Shown here: positions 17,252 through 27,809 of the stretch, piece by piece | Layout of the letters: the number at the start of each line of letters is the position of its first letter | How positions within the stretch are numbered: position 1 is the first letter of the stretch | DNA from: an uncultured bacterium | GTDB lineage: Bacteria; Patescibacteriota; Patescibacteriia; UBA9570; XYC2-FULL-38-9 | Assembly: GCA_937996685.1 (NCBI GenBank) | Contig: CALKUP010000016.1 | Coordinates: forward strand, 85,879 to 149,878 | Reading direction: 5' to 3' | Length of the DNA: 64,000 nucleotides | Program-made: the position numbers and the translations under genes | Notes under the pieces: model-generated | What the model was told of the DNA's origin: nothing | Database searches by the model: none | What the model saw: the letters and a program-made list of their open reading frames with translations, nothing else

Positions 17252-19726
17252 ATGTTGTATTCCACTCAGCTCCTCAATCAATTTTTAGAAACACAGACTG
17301 GCTCTCTTGACCCAGAAGCTTTGATGCGTGATTTAACAACCGCGTCTGTTGAGTTAGAAGGTTTCGAGTCCGCGTTCCCGTTGCTCGCTGGCGCGCCCGG
17401 TGAAAAAATTGTACTTGCGCGCATCACCGCTGTGTCAAAACATCCAGACGCAGATCGTTTGAATATTTGCACTGTTTTTGATGGTCTTCGTGAATACCAG
17501 GTTGTGTGCGGTGGCAGTAATGTTGTGCCTGATATGTTGATTGCGTTTGCAATGGTCGGCGCAGAAGTGAAATGGCACGGAGAAGGTGATCCAATCGTTC
17601 TCACGCCGGCGAAAATTCGTGGCGTTGAATCAGAAGGAATGATTTGTGCGGCAGAAGAAATCGGCTTAGGTGCGCTCTATCCAGCGACAGATGAGCGAGC
17701 GGTGTTGGATTTGACAGACGCATTTCAAAATCCGTCGGTTGAAGAATGGCTTGGAAAACCGTTGTTGCATGTCCTTGGATTATCTGATCAATACGTGCTC
17801 GACATTGATAATAAGTCAATGACGCATCGGTCTGATTTATTTTCTCATGTCGGGATGGCGCAAGAAATTGCCGCGTGTTTGCCGAATGTTGTGACGCGTT
17901 TGAAGTCTCCGCTCTTGAAACGCATGAAGGAGGCGCCAGAAACAATCACAGTGACGATTGATGATCCAGCGCTCTGTTTACGATATATGGCCCTTGAGCT
18001 CGCTGTTGATGCAACAAAAGAAACGCCAGCATTTATTGTTGAGCGTTTGCGACAATGCGGAATCAAAAGTATTAACGTGATTGTTGATATTGGAAATTAC
18101 GTCATGATCGAATACGGTCAACCGATGCATGCCTTTGATGAACAAAAAATTCACAACAACACACTACATGTTCGTTTGGCGAAAACAGGCGAGTCGATTG
18201 AATTACTTGGTAAACAAACAAAACAATTAAGTACTGAGACATTGGTGATTGCAGATGACGAAAAAGTGCTCGCAGTGGCTGGTGTGATGGGTGGTGAGCA
18301 CAGTGGAATCACAACCAACACAAAACGTATTGTGCTTGAAGTCGCGACATTTGATGCAGTGACCGTGCGAAAAGGCGCGCAGCAGATTGGTGTGCGCACA
18401 GATAGTAGTTTGCGGTACGAAAAAGGATTGCCAGAAGAGTTGGTGACGCTCGGGAGTCAGCGCGCATTTGAATTGCTTGAAGATTTTGCTGATGCGCAGT
18501 TAATCGGGATGACCAGTGTGAATCACGCAACCGATGATAAGAAAGAAATTGTGATGTCATTGGAAATGATTACACGAACAACAGGCTTGCAATTATCTGC
18601 AAAAGAGGTGAAGGCATTGCTTGGACGATTACAATGCAAAGTTGTCACACCGCGTGTCTACGGCACTGAACTGCGGATTACACCGCCGTGGTTCCGTCGT
18701 GATTTGAATATCCCGGAAGATATCATCGAAGAAATTGTGCGTTTATATGGTATTCAAAATATCCCTGTTCAACCGATTATTGGTGAGGTCACAATTCCAC
18801 AATCTGAAGCTGAATATACTGCAGGCCGCCGAATAAAGGACGAGCTCACTGCGCTTGGTCTACAAGAAGTGTTGACCTATAGTTTTTATGGAACCGAGTT
18901 GATGAAAACTGTTGGATATGAACAAAATGGTGAGCATGTTGAAATCCAGAATCCGCTTTCCGAAGATTTGCGCTATTTGCGTGTGTCATTGATTCCACGA
19001 ATGCTCGAAGTCGTGAAGCGGAATGATTCAGCACCGCGTGTGGACATTTTTGAAGTTGGGCATGTGTATACACCAAGCAATGAAGCGCGGCAAATCGGTG
19101 TTGTTGTTCGAGATGTTGACGCAGTTCGGATTGTCCGAGGAATCGTTGAGTCTCTACTTGCACAAGAGTCTGTTCCGTTTGTCACTGAAAAAATTGCCGC
19201 AACTGTCGACTGTCCGTTTTGGAACCTCTATCAAGGAAAGCAAGCGTTGCGATATGCTGTCGACAATCCAAATAATGGAGATGTAGCTCCAGATGCAGTA
19301 CTCGGAACACTTGGGTCTGTGTCTCCAAAGGTCTTGCAACGAATGGGTATTTCCGGAACAGTTGCATTTGCAACGCTGTCTCTGCCGAATATGTTGAAAT
19401 ATGGCGCGCGGGAACAAAAGGGACTTGCCGCAATTTCACCATATCCAGCAGTTGATATTGATGTGTCGTTGTTGCTTGGAAATGATGTTGCCTGGGGTGA
19501 TGTTGAGCAGGTGATTCGATCACATGCTGGTGATCAATTAAAAAGTTTATCCGTGGTTGATGTGTATCGTGGTGAACGGGTCGATAGTGATAAAAAATCA
19601 GTGACCTGTCGCATTGTCTTGCAGTCTCAATCTGAAACTCTTGAAATGAAAACGATTGAGTTGTGGCGTGAAAGTTTGATGCGGGATTTGCATACTGAGT
19701 TTGGAGCTGTGCTCAGGGATAAATAA
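17252..19726 (+). CDS. pheT: Phenylalanine--tRNA ligase beta subunit
   Basis: N-terminal tRNA-binding (EMAP-like) domain (KHPDADRLNICTVFDG), B3/4 and B5 domains, and a C-terminal FDX-ACB-like region. 824 aa. Confidence 0.9.
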   Translation: MLYSTQLLNQFLETQTGSLDPEALMRDLTTASVELEGFESAFPLLAGAPGEKIVLARITAVSKHPDADRLNICTVFDGLREYQVVCGGSNVVPDMLIAFAMVGAEVKWHGEGDPIVLTPAKIRGVESEGMICAAEEIGLGALYPATDERAVLDLTDAFQNPSVEEWLGKPLLHVLGLSDQYVLDIDNKSMTHRSDLFSHVGMAQEIAACLPNVVTRLKSPLLKRMKEAPETITVTIDDPALCLRYMALELAVDATKETPAFIVERLRQCGIKSINVIVDIGNYVMIEYGQPMHAFDEQKIHNNTLHVRLAKTGESIELLGKQTKQLSTETLVIADDEKVLAVAGVMGGEHSGITTNTKRIVLEVATFDAVTVRKGAQQIGVRTDSSLRYEKGLPEELVTLGSQRAFELLEDFADAQLIGMTSVNHATDDKKEIVMSLEMITRTTGLQLSAKEVKALLGRLQCKVVTPRVYGTELRITPPWFRRDLNIPEDIIEEIVRLYGIQNIPVQPIIGEVTIPQSEAEYTAGRRIKDELTALGLQEVLTYSFYGTELMKTVGYEQNGEHVEIQNPLSEDLRYLRVSLIPRMLEVVKRNDSAPRVDIFEVGHVYTPSNEARQIGVVVRDVDAVRIVRGIVESLLAQESVPFVTEKIAATVDCPFWNLYQGKQALRYAVDNPNNGDVAPDAVLGTLGSVSPKVLQRMGISGTVAFATLSLPNMLKYGAREQKGLAAISPYPAVDIDVSLLLGNDVAWGDVEQVIRSHAGDQLKSLSVVDVYRGERVDSDKKSVTCRIVLQSQSETLEMKTIELWRESLMRDLHTEFGAVLRDK

Positions 19727-19736
19727 AAATTATATT

Positions 19737-20738
19737 ATGAATGTTTTAGAAAAAAAATCAGAAATAATTTCTTCTGAATCAATACAACATGAAGATTTAA
19801 AGTCTTTATTTTATATTACCACAGGAAAATTAGACACTAATATAAAAGCTTTTAAAGAAAAGATTATTATAGAAACGGGAGATCTTATCGAGCTTGATAA
19901 GCGTGTAAATGAAAAATTAAGTAATCATAATATTGTAACATCTATAGTGGCGGTTAATATTTTAATTGATAAAAATCAATTGATCCAATATGGTACGTGG
20001 GATGAATTTCAAAAGTTTGATGGAAATAGGTTTTCTGAAAAAGTCAAAGAAATTACCATGACTTGGGATTTTTTGGTAAAATTACCAAATTTTATAAAAC
20101 CCCAAAGACATTCTATGGCAGTAAAAATAACATCGGAAACAAATTTTGCAGCATTATTTCCTACTTTAGTATCTGGTAATTTTAGTGATATTGATGAAGC
20201 TGAAATGATGATGGCACCGGTTGTCTGTCAGGTCAATTTTATAAACCACTTATTAAGTGATGAGTTAATAAATATTGTACAAAAATGGGTTACCACAAGA
20301 GAGGTTTCTCCGGAAGTTACAAAATTTATTACTTTTTGTAAAAAGTATAAACGAATAATTGCAAAAACAATACACTACACCTTGCCTTTGCTCTTCGCTT
20401 TGTCTGCTTATGTGTACTTAGATATTTATAAAAATAAACTTTCTGTTGAATTAAATAATGATGTTTTTTTCAATGTTATTATTTGGTTTTTTTTGTCTTT
20501 AGTTGGCATTTTTGTTTTTTATAAAATAGGCCATCAAATCGCTATTATTTCCTATAATGCTCTCCATGATTATGGTGAGCATGCTATTTTTAATCTTACT
20601 CAAGGCGATAAGCGTAAACAAAAAGAAATTAAAAACAAAAATAAAAAAGAATTCAGAAAGTTTCTTTTTAGTACTGCGACTTCTGTTATTATTGATGTGT
20701 TAGTTCCTGTTTTTTCTTACTTCATATTAAAAAAATAA
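19737..20738 (+). CDS. Orphan hypothetical protein (about 333 aa) with a soluble N-terminal domain and about 3 C-terminal TM helices, encoded in a strongly AT-rich segment
   Basis: Continuous ORF. The local base composition is visibly far more AT-rich than the flanking pheT and gyrB genes. Lys/Asn/Ile-rich codon usage. No recognisable family. Start set at the ATG at 19737 just after the pheT stop. Confidence 0.55.
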   Translation: MNVLEKKSEIISSESIQHEDLKSLFYITTGKLDTNIKAFKEKIIIETGDLIELDKRVNEKLSNHNIVTSIVAVNILIDKNQLIQYGTWDEFQKFDGNRFSEKVKEITMTWDFLVKLPNFIKPQRHSMAVKITSETNFAALFPTLVSGNFSDIDEAEMMMAPVVCQVNFINHLLSDELINIVQKWVTTREVSPEVTKFITFCKKYKRIIAKTIHYTLPLLFALSAYVYLDIYKNKLSVELNNDVFFNVIIWFFLSLVGIFVFYKIGHQIAIISYNALHDYGEHAIFNLTQGDKRKQKEIKNKNKKEFRKFLFSTATSVIIDVLVPVFSYFILKK

Positions 20739-20748
20739 TATAGTATAT

Positions 20749-20773
20749 AAATACACACACATTTGTATTTTTT
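20749..20773 (+). terminator. Weak AT-rich hairpin plus T-run after the orphan gene (AAATACA...TGTATTT TTT)
   Basis: A 7-bp stem containing a single G-C pair, an 8-nt loop, then TTT. Confidence 0.2.
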
Positions 20774-20845
20774 AATAAGCGACAGTCGAACCTTTCCCGA
20801 GACACTTCCCCGCAAGCGACTGAAGGAATAAGAAATGCGTTTTCT

Positions 20846-20873
20846 TTGCGATATGCGCCATTTATGCTATAAT
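20846..20873 (+). promoter_or_regulatory. Putative sigma70 promoter for gyrB (TTGCGA-N16-TATAAT)
   Basis: ttgcga at 20846-20851, a 16-nt spacer, then tataat at 20868-20873, about 35 nt upstream of the gyrB ATG. Confidence 0.45.
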
Positions 20874-20905
20874 TTCAGCATATCTGACTAGCAAATTTTT
20901 AGTGA

Positions 20906-22972
<2,067 letters not shown>

Positions 22973-22984
22973 TCACAGTATTCT

Positions 22985-23548
22985 ATGGAGGAAGTCATGG
23001 GTGCGTTACAATTCATGCTGAAACTGTGCTGGCTCTATCTGCCGGTTGCGGTGTCGAATATGGCGCCGGTGTTGTGTAAAAACCAGCTGCAGTTTTTAGC
23101 CGTGCCCGTTGACGGTGGCCGTGTGTTTCACGGCAAAGCATTGTTTGGTGATCACAAAACCTGGCGCGGTATCGTTGTTGCAACGCTTACCGGCGGGCTC
23201 GTGTTCGCGCTCCAAGTGTGGCTCACGCGACAATTTCCGTCTGTCTCGCAGTGGTCATTTTTCGATATTTCGCAGGCCCCACTATGGTTCGGTTTTGCAT
23301 TCGGGTTTGCGGCAATTTTTGGCGATCTTGTGAAGTCGTTTTTTAAACGTCGTGTCGATATCGCGCCGGGAGACACCTGGTTTCCGTTTGATCAAGTGGA
23401 TCTTGTTGTCTTTTCGACACTGGTTGCAGCTCTTGTGTTTCCGCTTACTTGGCAGATTGTTGCGGCGGCATTTTTCACTGGAATTGTCTTGCATGTTGTT
23501 GTGAATCGCATCGGTTTTTGGCTCCATATTAAGGACACTCCTTGGTAA
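22985..23548 (+). CDS. CarS-like (CDP-archaeol synthase family, DUF46) CTP-transferase-like small membrane protein
   Basis: 187 aa with about 5 TM helices and a GDHKTWRG motif, resembling the KTW(E/R)G signature of archaeal CDP-archaeol synthase family members. The assignment is from memory of the family, not a search. Confidence 0.45.
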   Translation: MEEVMGALQFMLKLCWLYLPVAVSNMAPVLCKNQLQFLAVPVDGGRVFHGKALFGDHKTWRGIVVATLTGGLVFALQVWLTRQFPSVSQWSFFDISQAPLWFGFAFGFAAIFGDLVKSFFKRRVDIAPGDTWFPFDQVDLVVFSTLVAALVFPLTWQIVAAAFFTGIVLHVVVNRIGFWLHIKDTPW

Positions 23549-23568
23549 AAAGGGGTCTGCTGCCATAT

Positions 23569-23597
23569 TTGACAGTTTTTCAAAAAAACCGTATAGT
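23569..23597 (+). promoter_or_regulatory. Putative sigma70 promoter for secE-nusG-rplK-rplA (TTGACA-N17-TATAGT)
   Basis: ttgaca at 23569-23574, a 17-nt spacer, then tatagt at 23592-23597, about 45 nt upstream of secE. Confidence 0.5.
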
Positions 23598-23641
23598 TCG
23601 TACTGAACGGCCACGAAAGGCTGTTTTAAAATCCAAAAATT

Positions 23642-23833
23642 ATGGCCCGAGCCAAAAATCCAATTATCCGGTATTTTCGTGGAGCTTTTCAAGAGCTTTC
23701 CAATGTTCGTTGGCCAAGTCGTGCCGAAGCCTGGCAAAAAGCCTGGATCGTCGTCGCTTTTAGCCTCGTATTTGGAATCTTCTTAGGAGGACTCGATTAT
23801 CTATTTAATCAATTAGTACAAGCCCTCATTTAA
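23642..23833 (+). CDS. secE: Preprotein translocase subunit SecE
   Basis: 63 aa with a single C-terminal TM helix, in the conserved position immediately upstream of nusG. N-terminus MARAKNPIIRYFRGAFQELSNVRWPSR. Confidence 0.85.
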   Translation: MARAKNPIIRYFRGAFQELSNVRWPSRAEAWQKAWIVVAFSLVFGIFLGGLDYLFNQLVQALI

Positions 23834-23838
23834 CGCGT

Positions 23839-24381
23839 ATGGCAAAACAAACTGCTGAACACGGCAAACGCTGGTATGTGATCCATACATATTCTGGCTA
23901 TGAGGAGAACGTTGCGCACAACTTGAAGCAGCGTATCGAATCGCTTGGAATGGAAGACAGAATTTTTGATGTCCTCGTTCCAAAAGAAAAGAAAATGAAA
24001 ATCCGTAACGGCAAACGTCGTGTTGTCGAGGAAAAGATTTTCCCTGGCTATGTGATTGTAAACATGATCGTGACTGATGACTCATGGTACGTGGTGCGTA
24101 ACACGCCAAACGTAACAGGTTTTGTCGGAACAGGAACAACTCCAACTCCACTCGATGAAAAAGAAGTGAAAAATCTTCAACGTCGCATGGGTCTTGATGA
24201 GCCAACATACACAATTGATATTCAATTGGGCGAAACAGTTCGCATTATCGATGGTCCATTCAAAGATATGGAAGGAAAAGTTTCAGAACTTCTGGAACGC
24301 GGCAAACTCAAAGTCATGGTATCGATGTTTGGTCGTGAAACGCCGATTGAACTCGACGCATTACAAGTCAATAAACTTTAA
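23839..24381 (+). CDS. nusG: Transcription termination/antitermination factor NusG
   Basis: NGN domain (WYVIHTYSGYE) and C-terminal KOW motif (GETVRIIDGPFKDMEGKV). Conserved secE-nusG-rplK-rplA synteny. Confidence 0.92.
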   Translation: MAKQTAEHGKRWYVIHTYSGYEENVAHNLKQRIESLGMEDRIFDVLVPKEKKMKIRNGKRRVVEEKIFPGYVIVNMIVTDDSWYVVRNTPNVTGFVGTGTTPTPLDEKEVKNLQRRMGLDEPTYTIDIQLGETVRIIDGPFKDMEGKVSELLERGKLKVMVSMFGRETPIELDALQVNKL

Positions 24382-24396
24382 TTTCAAGAAACTCGT

Positions 24397-24819
24397 ATGG
24401 CGAAAGCAATTCTAACGCAAGTCAAACTTCAGATCCCAGGTGGATCTGCAAATCCAGCTCCTCCAGTTGGTACAGTGCTTGGTCCCCAAGGGATCGCAAT
24501 TCAAGATTTCTGTCAGCAATTTAACGACAGAACAAAAGAACAACGTGGTGAAATTTTGCCAGTTGTTGTAACAATTTATGATGATCGTTCATTCGATTTC
24601 ATCATCAAAACTCCACCAGCTGCTGAATTATTAAAGAAAGCAGCAAAGATCCAAAAAGGTTCTGGTAGTCCATTGGCTCAAAAAATCGGTTCAATCACAA
24701 AAGATCAAATCCGCGAAATCGCAGAAATGAAAATGGTTGATTTGAACACAGATGATATTGACGCAGCGATGAACACTATCGAAGGAACTGCTCGTCAAAT
24801 GGGCCTAGAGGTTAAATAA
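24397..24819 (+). CDS. rplK: 50S ribosomal protein L11
   Basis: [22 protein letters not shown] matches the conserved L11 N-terminal domain. 140 aa. Confidence 0.95.
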   Translation: MAKAILTQVKLQIPGGSANPAPPVGTVLGPQGIAIQDFCQQFNDRTKEQRGEILPVVVTIYDDRSFDFIIKTPPAAELLKKAAKIQKGSGSPLAQKIGSITKDQIREIAEMKMVDLNTDDIDAAMNTIEGTARQMGLEVK

Positions 24820-24880
24820 GAAGAGAATTAATAAATTGTGGGAGAGTGAATACTTATCACTCGCCAATAACCAAACCACT

Positions 24881-25564
24881 ATGAAAAAACATTCAAAACG
24901 ATACAAAGCGCTTGCAGATAAAATCGAAGCGACAAAAGTCTATTCTTTAGAAGAAGCGGTTGCGTTAATCAAAGAAGCTCCAGTGAAATTTGATGCTGGT
25001 GTTGAAATGCATTTGCGTCTTGGAATCGATCCAAAGAAATCAGATCAATTAGTGCGTTCAACAGTTGTGTTGCCACACGGAACCGGAAAAACAAAACGCG
25101 TTGCAGCGTTTGTTGGTCCAGACAAAGAAGCGGAAGCAAAAGCAGCTGGTGCTGATGTAATTGGTTCAGATGACTTGATTGCTGAAATTAAAGCGACTGG
25201 AAAATGTGATTTTGACATTGCAATCGCAACACCGGATATGATGAAAAAATTAGGGCCAATTGCAAAAACATTGGGTCAACAAGGATTGATGCCAAACCCA
25301 AAAACAGAAACAGTTGGAACTGATGTTACAAAAATGATTGGTGAATTGAAAGGCGGTAAAACAGCATTCCGTAGTGACGACGGTGCAAACGTGCACATGC
25401 TCGTTGGACGTGTTTCATTCTCTGCTGAGCAATTAGTTGAAAACATGCGTGCGTTTATTGACGTCGTGCGTCGTGCGAAACCATCTGACTCAAAAGGACA
25501 ATATTTCCTTGGCGGTTCAGTTGCGTCAAGTATGGGACCTGGAATTTCTGTTTCAGTAGAGTAA
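24881..25564 (+). CDS. rplA: 50S ribosomal protein L1
   Basis: FDIAIATPDMMKKLGPIAKTLGQQGLMPNPKTETVG matches the L1 core. Start set at the ATG at 24881 (MKKHSKRYKAL); the track ORF from 24836 probably reads through a 5' leader. Confidence 0.92.
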   Translation: MKKHSKRYKALADKIEATKVYSLEEAVALIKEAPVKFDAGVEMHLRLGIDPKKSDQLVRSTVVLPHGTGKTKRVAAFVGPDKEAEAKAAGADVIGSDDLIAEIKATGKCDFDIAIATPDMMKKLGPIAKTLGQQGLMPNPKTETVGTDVTKMIGELKGGKTAFRSDDGANVHMLVGRVSFSAEQLVENMRAFIDVVRRAKPSDSKGQYFLGGSVASSMGPGISVSVE

Positions 25565-25585
25565 GACTCTTCCCAAAAAAGCTCT

Positions 25586-25613
25586 AAAACCGGTTGTAAA
25601 GACCGGTTTTTTT
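25586..25613 (+). terminator. Rho-independent terminator after rplA (AAAACCGGT-tgtaaaga-CCGGTTTTTTT)
   Basis: A perfect GC-containing inverted repeat followed by seven T's, 22 nt after the rplA stop. Confidence 0.75.
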
Positions 25614-25630
25614 GTGTATGATATTGGCAT

Positions 25631-26173
25631 ATGAGCACACCCGAAACCCCTTCTTCAAAACCCGTTCGTCCTTCTTGGGATGATTATTTTATGGCCATGT
25701 GTCGTATTGTTGCGACTCGTTCAACCTGTGACCGCTTGCATACCGGCGCTGTTCTTGTGAAAGATAGTCGGATTATTTCAACTGGCTACAACGGATCTCC
25801 CCAAGGTTTGCCGCATTGTGATGATGTTGGTCATTTAATGGAAGAAGGGCATTGCGTGCGAACAGTACATGGAGAGCACAACGCGTTGCTTCAAGCTGCG
25901 GTGATGGGCAGTGCATCAACCAAGGGTTCAACGATGTACACGCTCTACACGCCATGCATTCATTGCGCGAAATATATTGTAACTGCTGGAATTACACGTG
26001 TGGTGTATGCGCAAGTGTATCGCAACTCAACAGTGCTCGAGTATTTCAAAGCAGCAGGCGTTGAAACAGAAGAATACAAACCAACTGATCAGTGGAATGA
26101 AGAAGTGGTTGCGCTGTTTCAAGACGCTGTTGAAGCCAAGCATGCTCCTGAAATTACATTATCCGTAGAATAA
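25631..26173 (+). CDS. dCMP deaminase (zinc-dependent CMP/dCMP deaminase family, ComEB-like)
   Basis: HGEHNALLQAA (H-A/G-E zinc/catalytic motif) and PCIHCAKYI (PCxxC zinc ligands). 180 aa. Confidence 0.8.
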   Translation: MSTPETPSSKPVRPSWDDYFMAMCRIVATRSTCDRLHTGAVLVKDSRIISTGYNGSPQGLPHCDDVGHLMEEGHCVRTVHGEHNALLQAAVMGSASTKGSTMYTLYTPCIHCAKYIVTAGITRVVYAQVYRNSTVLEYFKAAGVETEEYKPTDQWNEEVVALFQDAVEAKHAPEITLSVE

Positions 26174-26181
26174 TTTATTGT

Positions 26182-26730
26182 ATGATTATCGGTCTGACTG
26201 GTCCAAAATTATCTGGCAAAGGCACAGCCTCTGAATATGTGCAAAAACAATTTGGTGCGGTGGCGTTTTCGATGTCTGGGATTTTAACAGATATTGTGAA
26301 TCGTTTGTATGTGCCAAATTCACGCGAAAATTTAATTGCCATTGTAACTGATTTGCGCGCGCGGTTTGGTGAAGACGTTCTTGCGCAAGTTTTGAAAAAA
26401 GATATTGAAGCATTTATTGCGAAACATCCAGACACGCCGATTGTGATTGATGGCATTCGGATGCCGATGGAAGTGGAGGTGTTTTCGCAGTTGCCAGATT
26501 TTCATTTAGTATTTATTGATGCGCCAGAGCGCGTGCGTTATGAACGTGCGTTAACGCGTGGTGAAAAGGTGGGTGAGTCCGATCAAACCTTTGAGCAGTT
26601 TCAGGCCGAGGAACAAGCAGTCACAGAATCGCATATGGAAACATTACGGACCTTGAGCAAAACAGCGGTGATTAACGCTGACTCACTAGAGCATTTGCAT
26701 GCAGAGATTGATTCAATAATGAAGCAATAG
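26182..26730 (+). CDS. P-loop nucleoside/deoxynucleoside monophosphate kinase-like protein (phage T4 dNMP kinase / CoaE-like fold). Exact substrate unknown.
   Basis: N-terminal Walker A IIGLTGPKLSGKGT. 182 aa. Sandwiched between dCMP deaminase and thymidylate kinase. Confidence 0.45.
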   Translation: MIIGLTGPKLSGKGTASEYVQKQFGAVAFSMSGILTDIVNRLYVPNSRENLIAIVTDLRARFGEDVLAQVLKKDIEAFIAKHPDTPIVIDGIRMPMEVEVFSQLPDFHLVFIDAPERVRYERALTRGEKVGESDQTFEQFQAEEQAVTESHMETLRTLSKTAVINADSLEHLHAEIDSIMKQ

Positions 26731-26732
26731 CT

Positions 26733-27365
26733 ATGAAAAAAGGGGTATTTATTGTATTTGAAGGAGGTGAAGGGAGCGGAAAGACCAGTCACTCAAAAGC
26801 CGTTGCTGCCCGATTGCGAGAAGCGGGGCATGATGTGCTGCATACCGCAGAGCCGGGCGGTTCAGAAGTGTGTATGAAAATCCGTCGCTTGATTTTAGAT
26901 GAACAACCAGAGCCAATCGGTTCACGCGCAGAGTTGCTGCTATTTTTGGCAGATCGAGCGCATCATGTTGAACATGTGATTCGGCCAGCGCTCGCAGCTG
27001 GAAAAATTGTGATTTGTGATCGGTTTTCTGGTTCGACCTTTGCTTATCAAATTGGTGGACGTGAGTTGCCTGATCCGGATTCCATTATCGCAATGGATGC
27101 ATATGCGCGAGGTGGATTGATTCCAGACGCTGTCTTGTATTTAGATGTTTCGGTTGAAACAGGAATTGCACGCCGCATGTCCGACACGACTGCTGAAGTG
27201 AACCGACTTGATAATGAAAAGTTTGATTTTCATAATCGTGTTCGAGACTATTTTTTGAAATTGTCAGCTGAACAATCGTATTGGCAGTGTATTTCAACGG
27301 AAGGCGAGCGCGCTGAAAATGAAGAGAAAATTTTTGCGAGTGTACAGAAGTTGCTTGATTTATGA
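26733..27365 (+). CDS. tmk: Thymidylate kinase
   Basis: P-loop FIVFEGGEGSGKTS, a DRxxH (ADRAHH) motif and a lid region. 210 aa. Confidence 0.88.
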   Translation: MKKGVFIVFEGGEGSGKTSHSKAVAARLREAGHDVLHTAEPGGSEVCMKIRRLILDEQPEPIGSRAELLLFLADRAHHVEHVIRPALAAGKIVICDRFSGSTFAYQIGGRELPDPDSIIAMDAYARGGLIPDAVLYLDVSVETGIARRMSDTTAEVNRLDNEKFDFHNRVRDYFLKLSAEQSYWQCISTEGERAENEEKIFASVQKLLDL

Positions 27366-27805
27366 TAGATACTATTCGCGTTCAAAAACGAGACCCTGGG
27401 GCAATTATTCCGGAGCGTGCGCACCCGACAGATGCTGGCGCTGATTTGTTTTCAATTGAAACTGTCGTTCTGGTTCCTGGCGAGCGTCGCGCAATCAAGA
27501 CAGGTATTGCACTCGCGATTCCTGATGGTTACGTTGGTCTTGTCTGGGATAAGTCTGGGCGAGCAGTCAAAGAAGGATTAACAACACTCGCTGGAGTGAT
27601 TGATTCCGCGTATCGAGGGGAACTTCAAGTGGTTTTATTGAATGTTTCGGATGACTCTGTTACTGTGCAAGCAGGTGAAAAAATCGCCCAACTCCTGATT
27701 CAAAAAATTGAGACACCAACAATCACTGTCGTAGAATCTTTAGAAGAAACGCATCGCGGAGAAGGTGGTTTCGGCAGTACAGGACTTACGCAATTATCTG
27801 AATAA
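27362..27805 (+). CDS. dut: dUTP diphosphatase (dUTPase)
   Basis: Motif 3 GVIDSAYRGE and the C-terminal motif 5 GGFGSTG. 147 aa. Overlaps the tmk stop by 4 nt. Confidence 0.92.
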   Translation: MIDTIRVQKRDPGAIIPERAHPTDAGADLFSIETVVLVPGERRAIKTGIALAIPDGYVGLVWDKSGRAVKEGLTTLAGVIDSAYRGELQVVLLNVSDDSVTVQAGEKIAQLLIQKIETPTITVVESLEETHRGEGGFGSTGLTQLSE

Positions 27806-27809
27806 CGTT

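Noticed and set aside
20776-20830. tRNA-like fragment or integration-site remnant next to the AT-rich island (…GGTTCGACTGTCGC… on the minus strand)
   Set aside because: I could not assemble a T-arm (no C61 to pair with G53) or an acceptor stem. Only a 6-bp CAGTCG/CGACTG inverted repeat with a 25-nt loop is present. No tRNA is called.
23282-23737. 151-aa minus-strand ORF spanning the CarS-like 3' end, the secE promoter and secE
   Set aside because: Overlaps two supported genes and a consensus promoter. A Lys/Arg-rich antisense artefact.
24836-24880. N-terminal extension of rplA (MWESEYLSLANNQTT) from the six-frame track
   Set aside because: L1 homologs begin at MKKHSKRYKAL (ATG at 24881). 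The upstream segment is more parsimoniously a 5' leader.
27765-27809. Longer gatB start overlapping dut by 41 nt
   Set aside because: GatB proteins begin near the ...YE(A/T)vIGLE(V/I)H motif; the ATG at 27810 gives a canonical N-terminus and removes the overlap.
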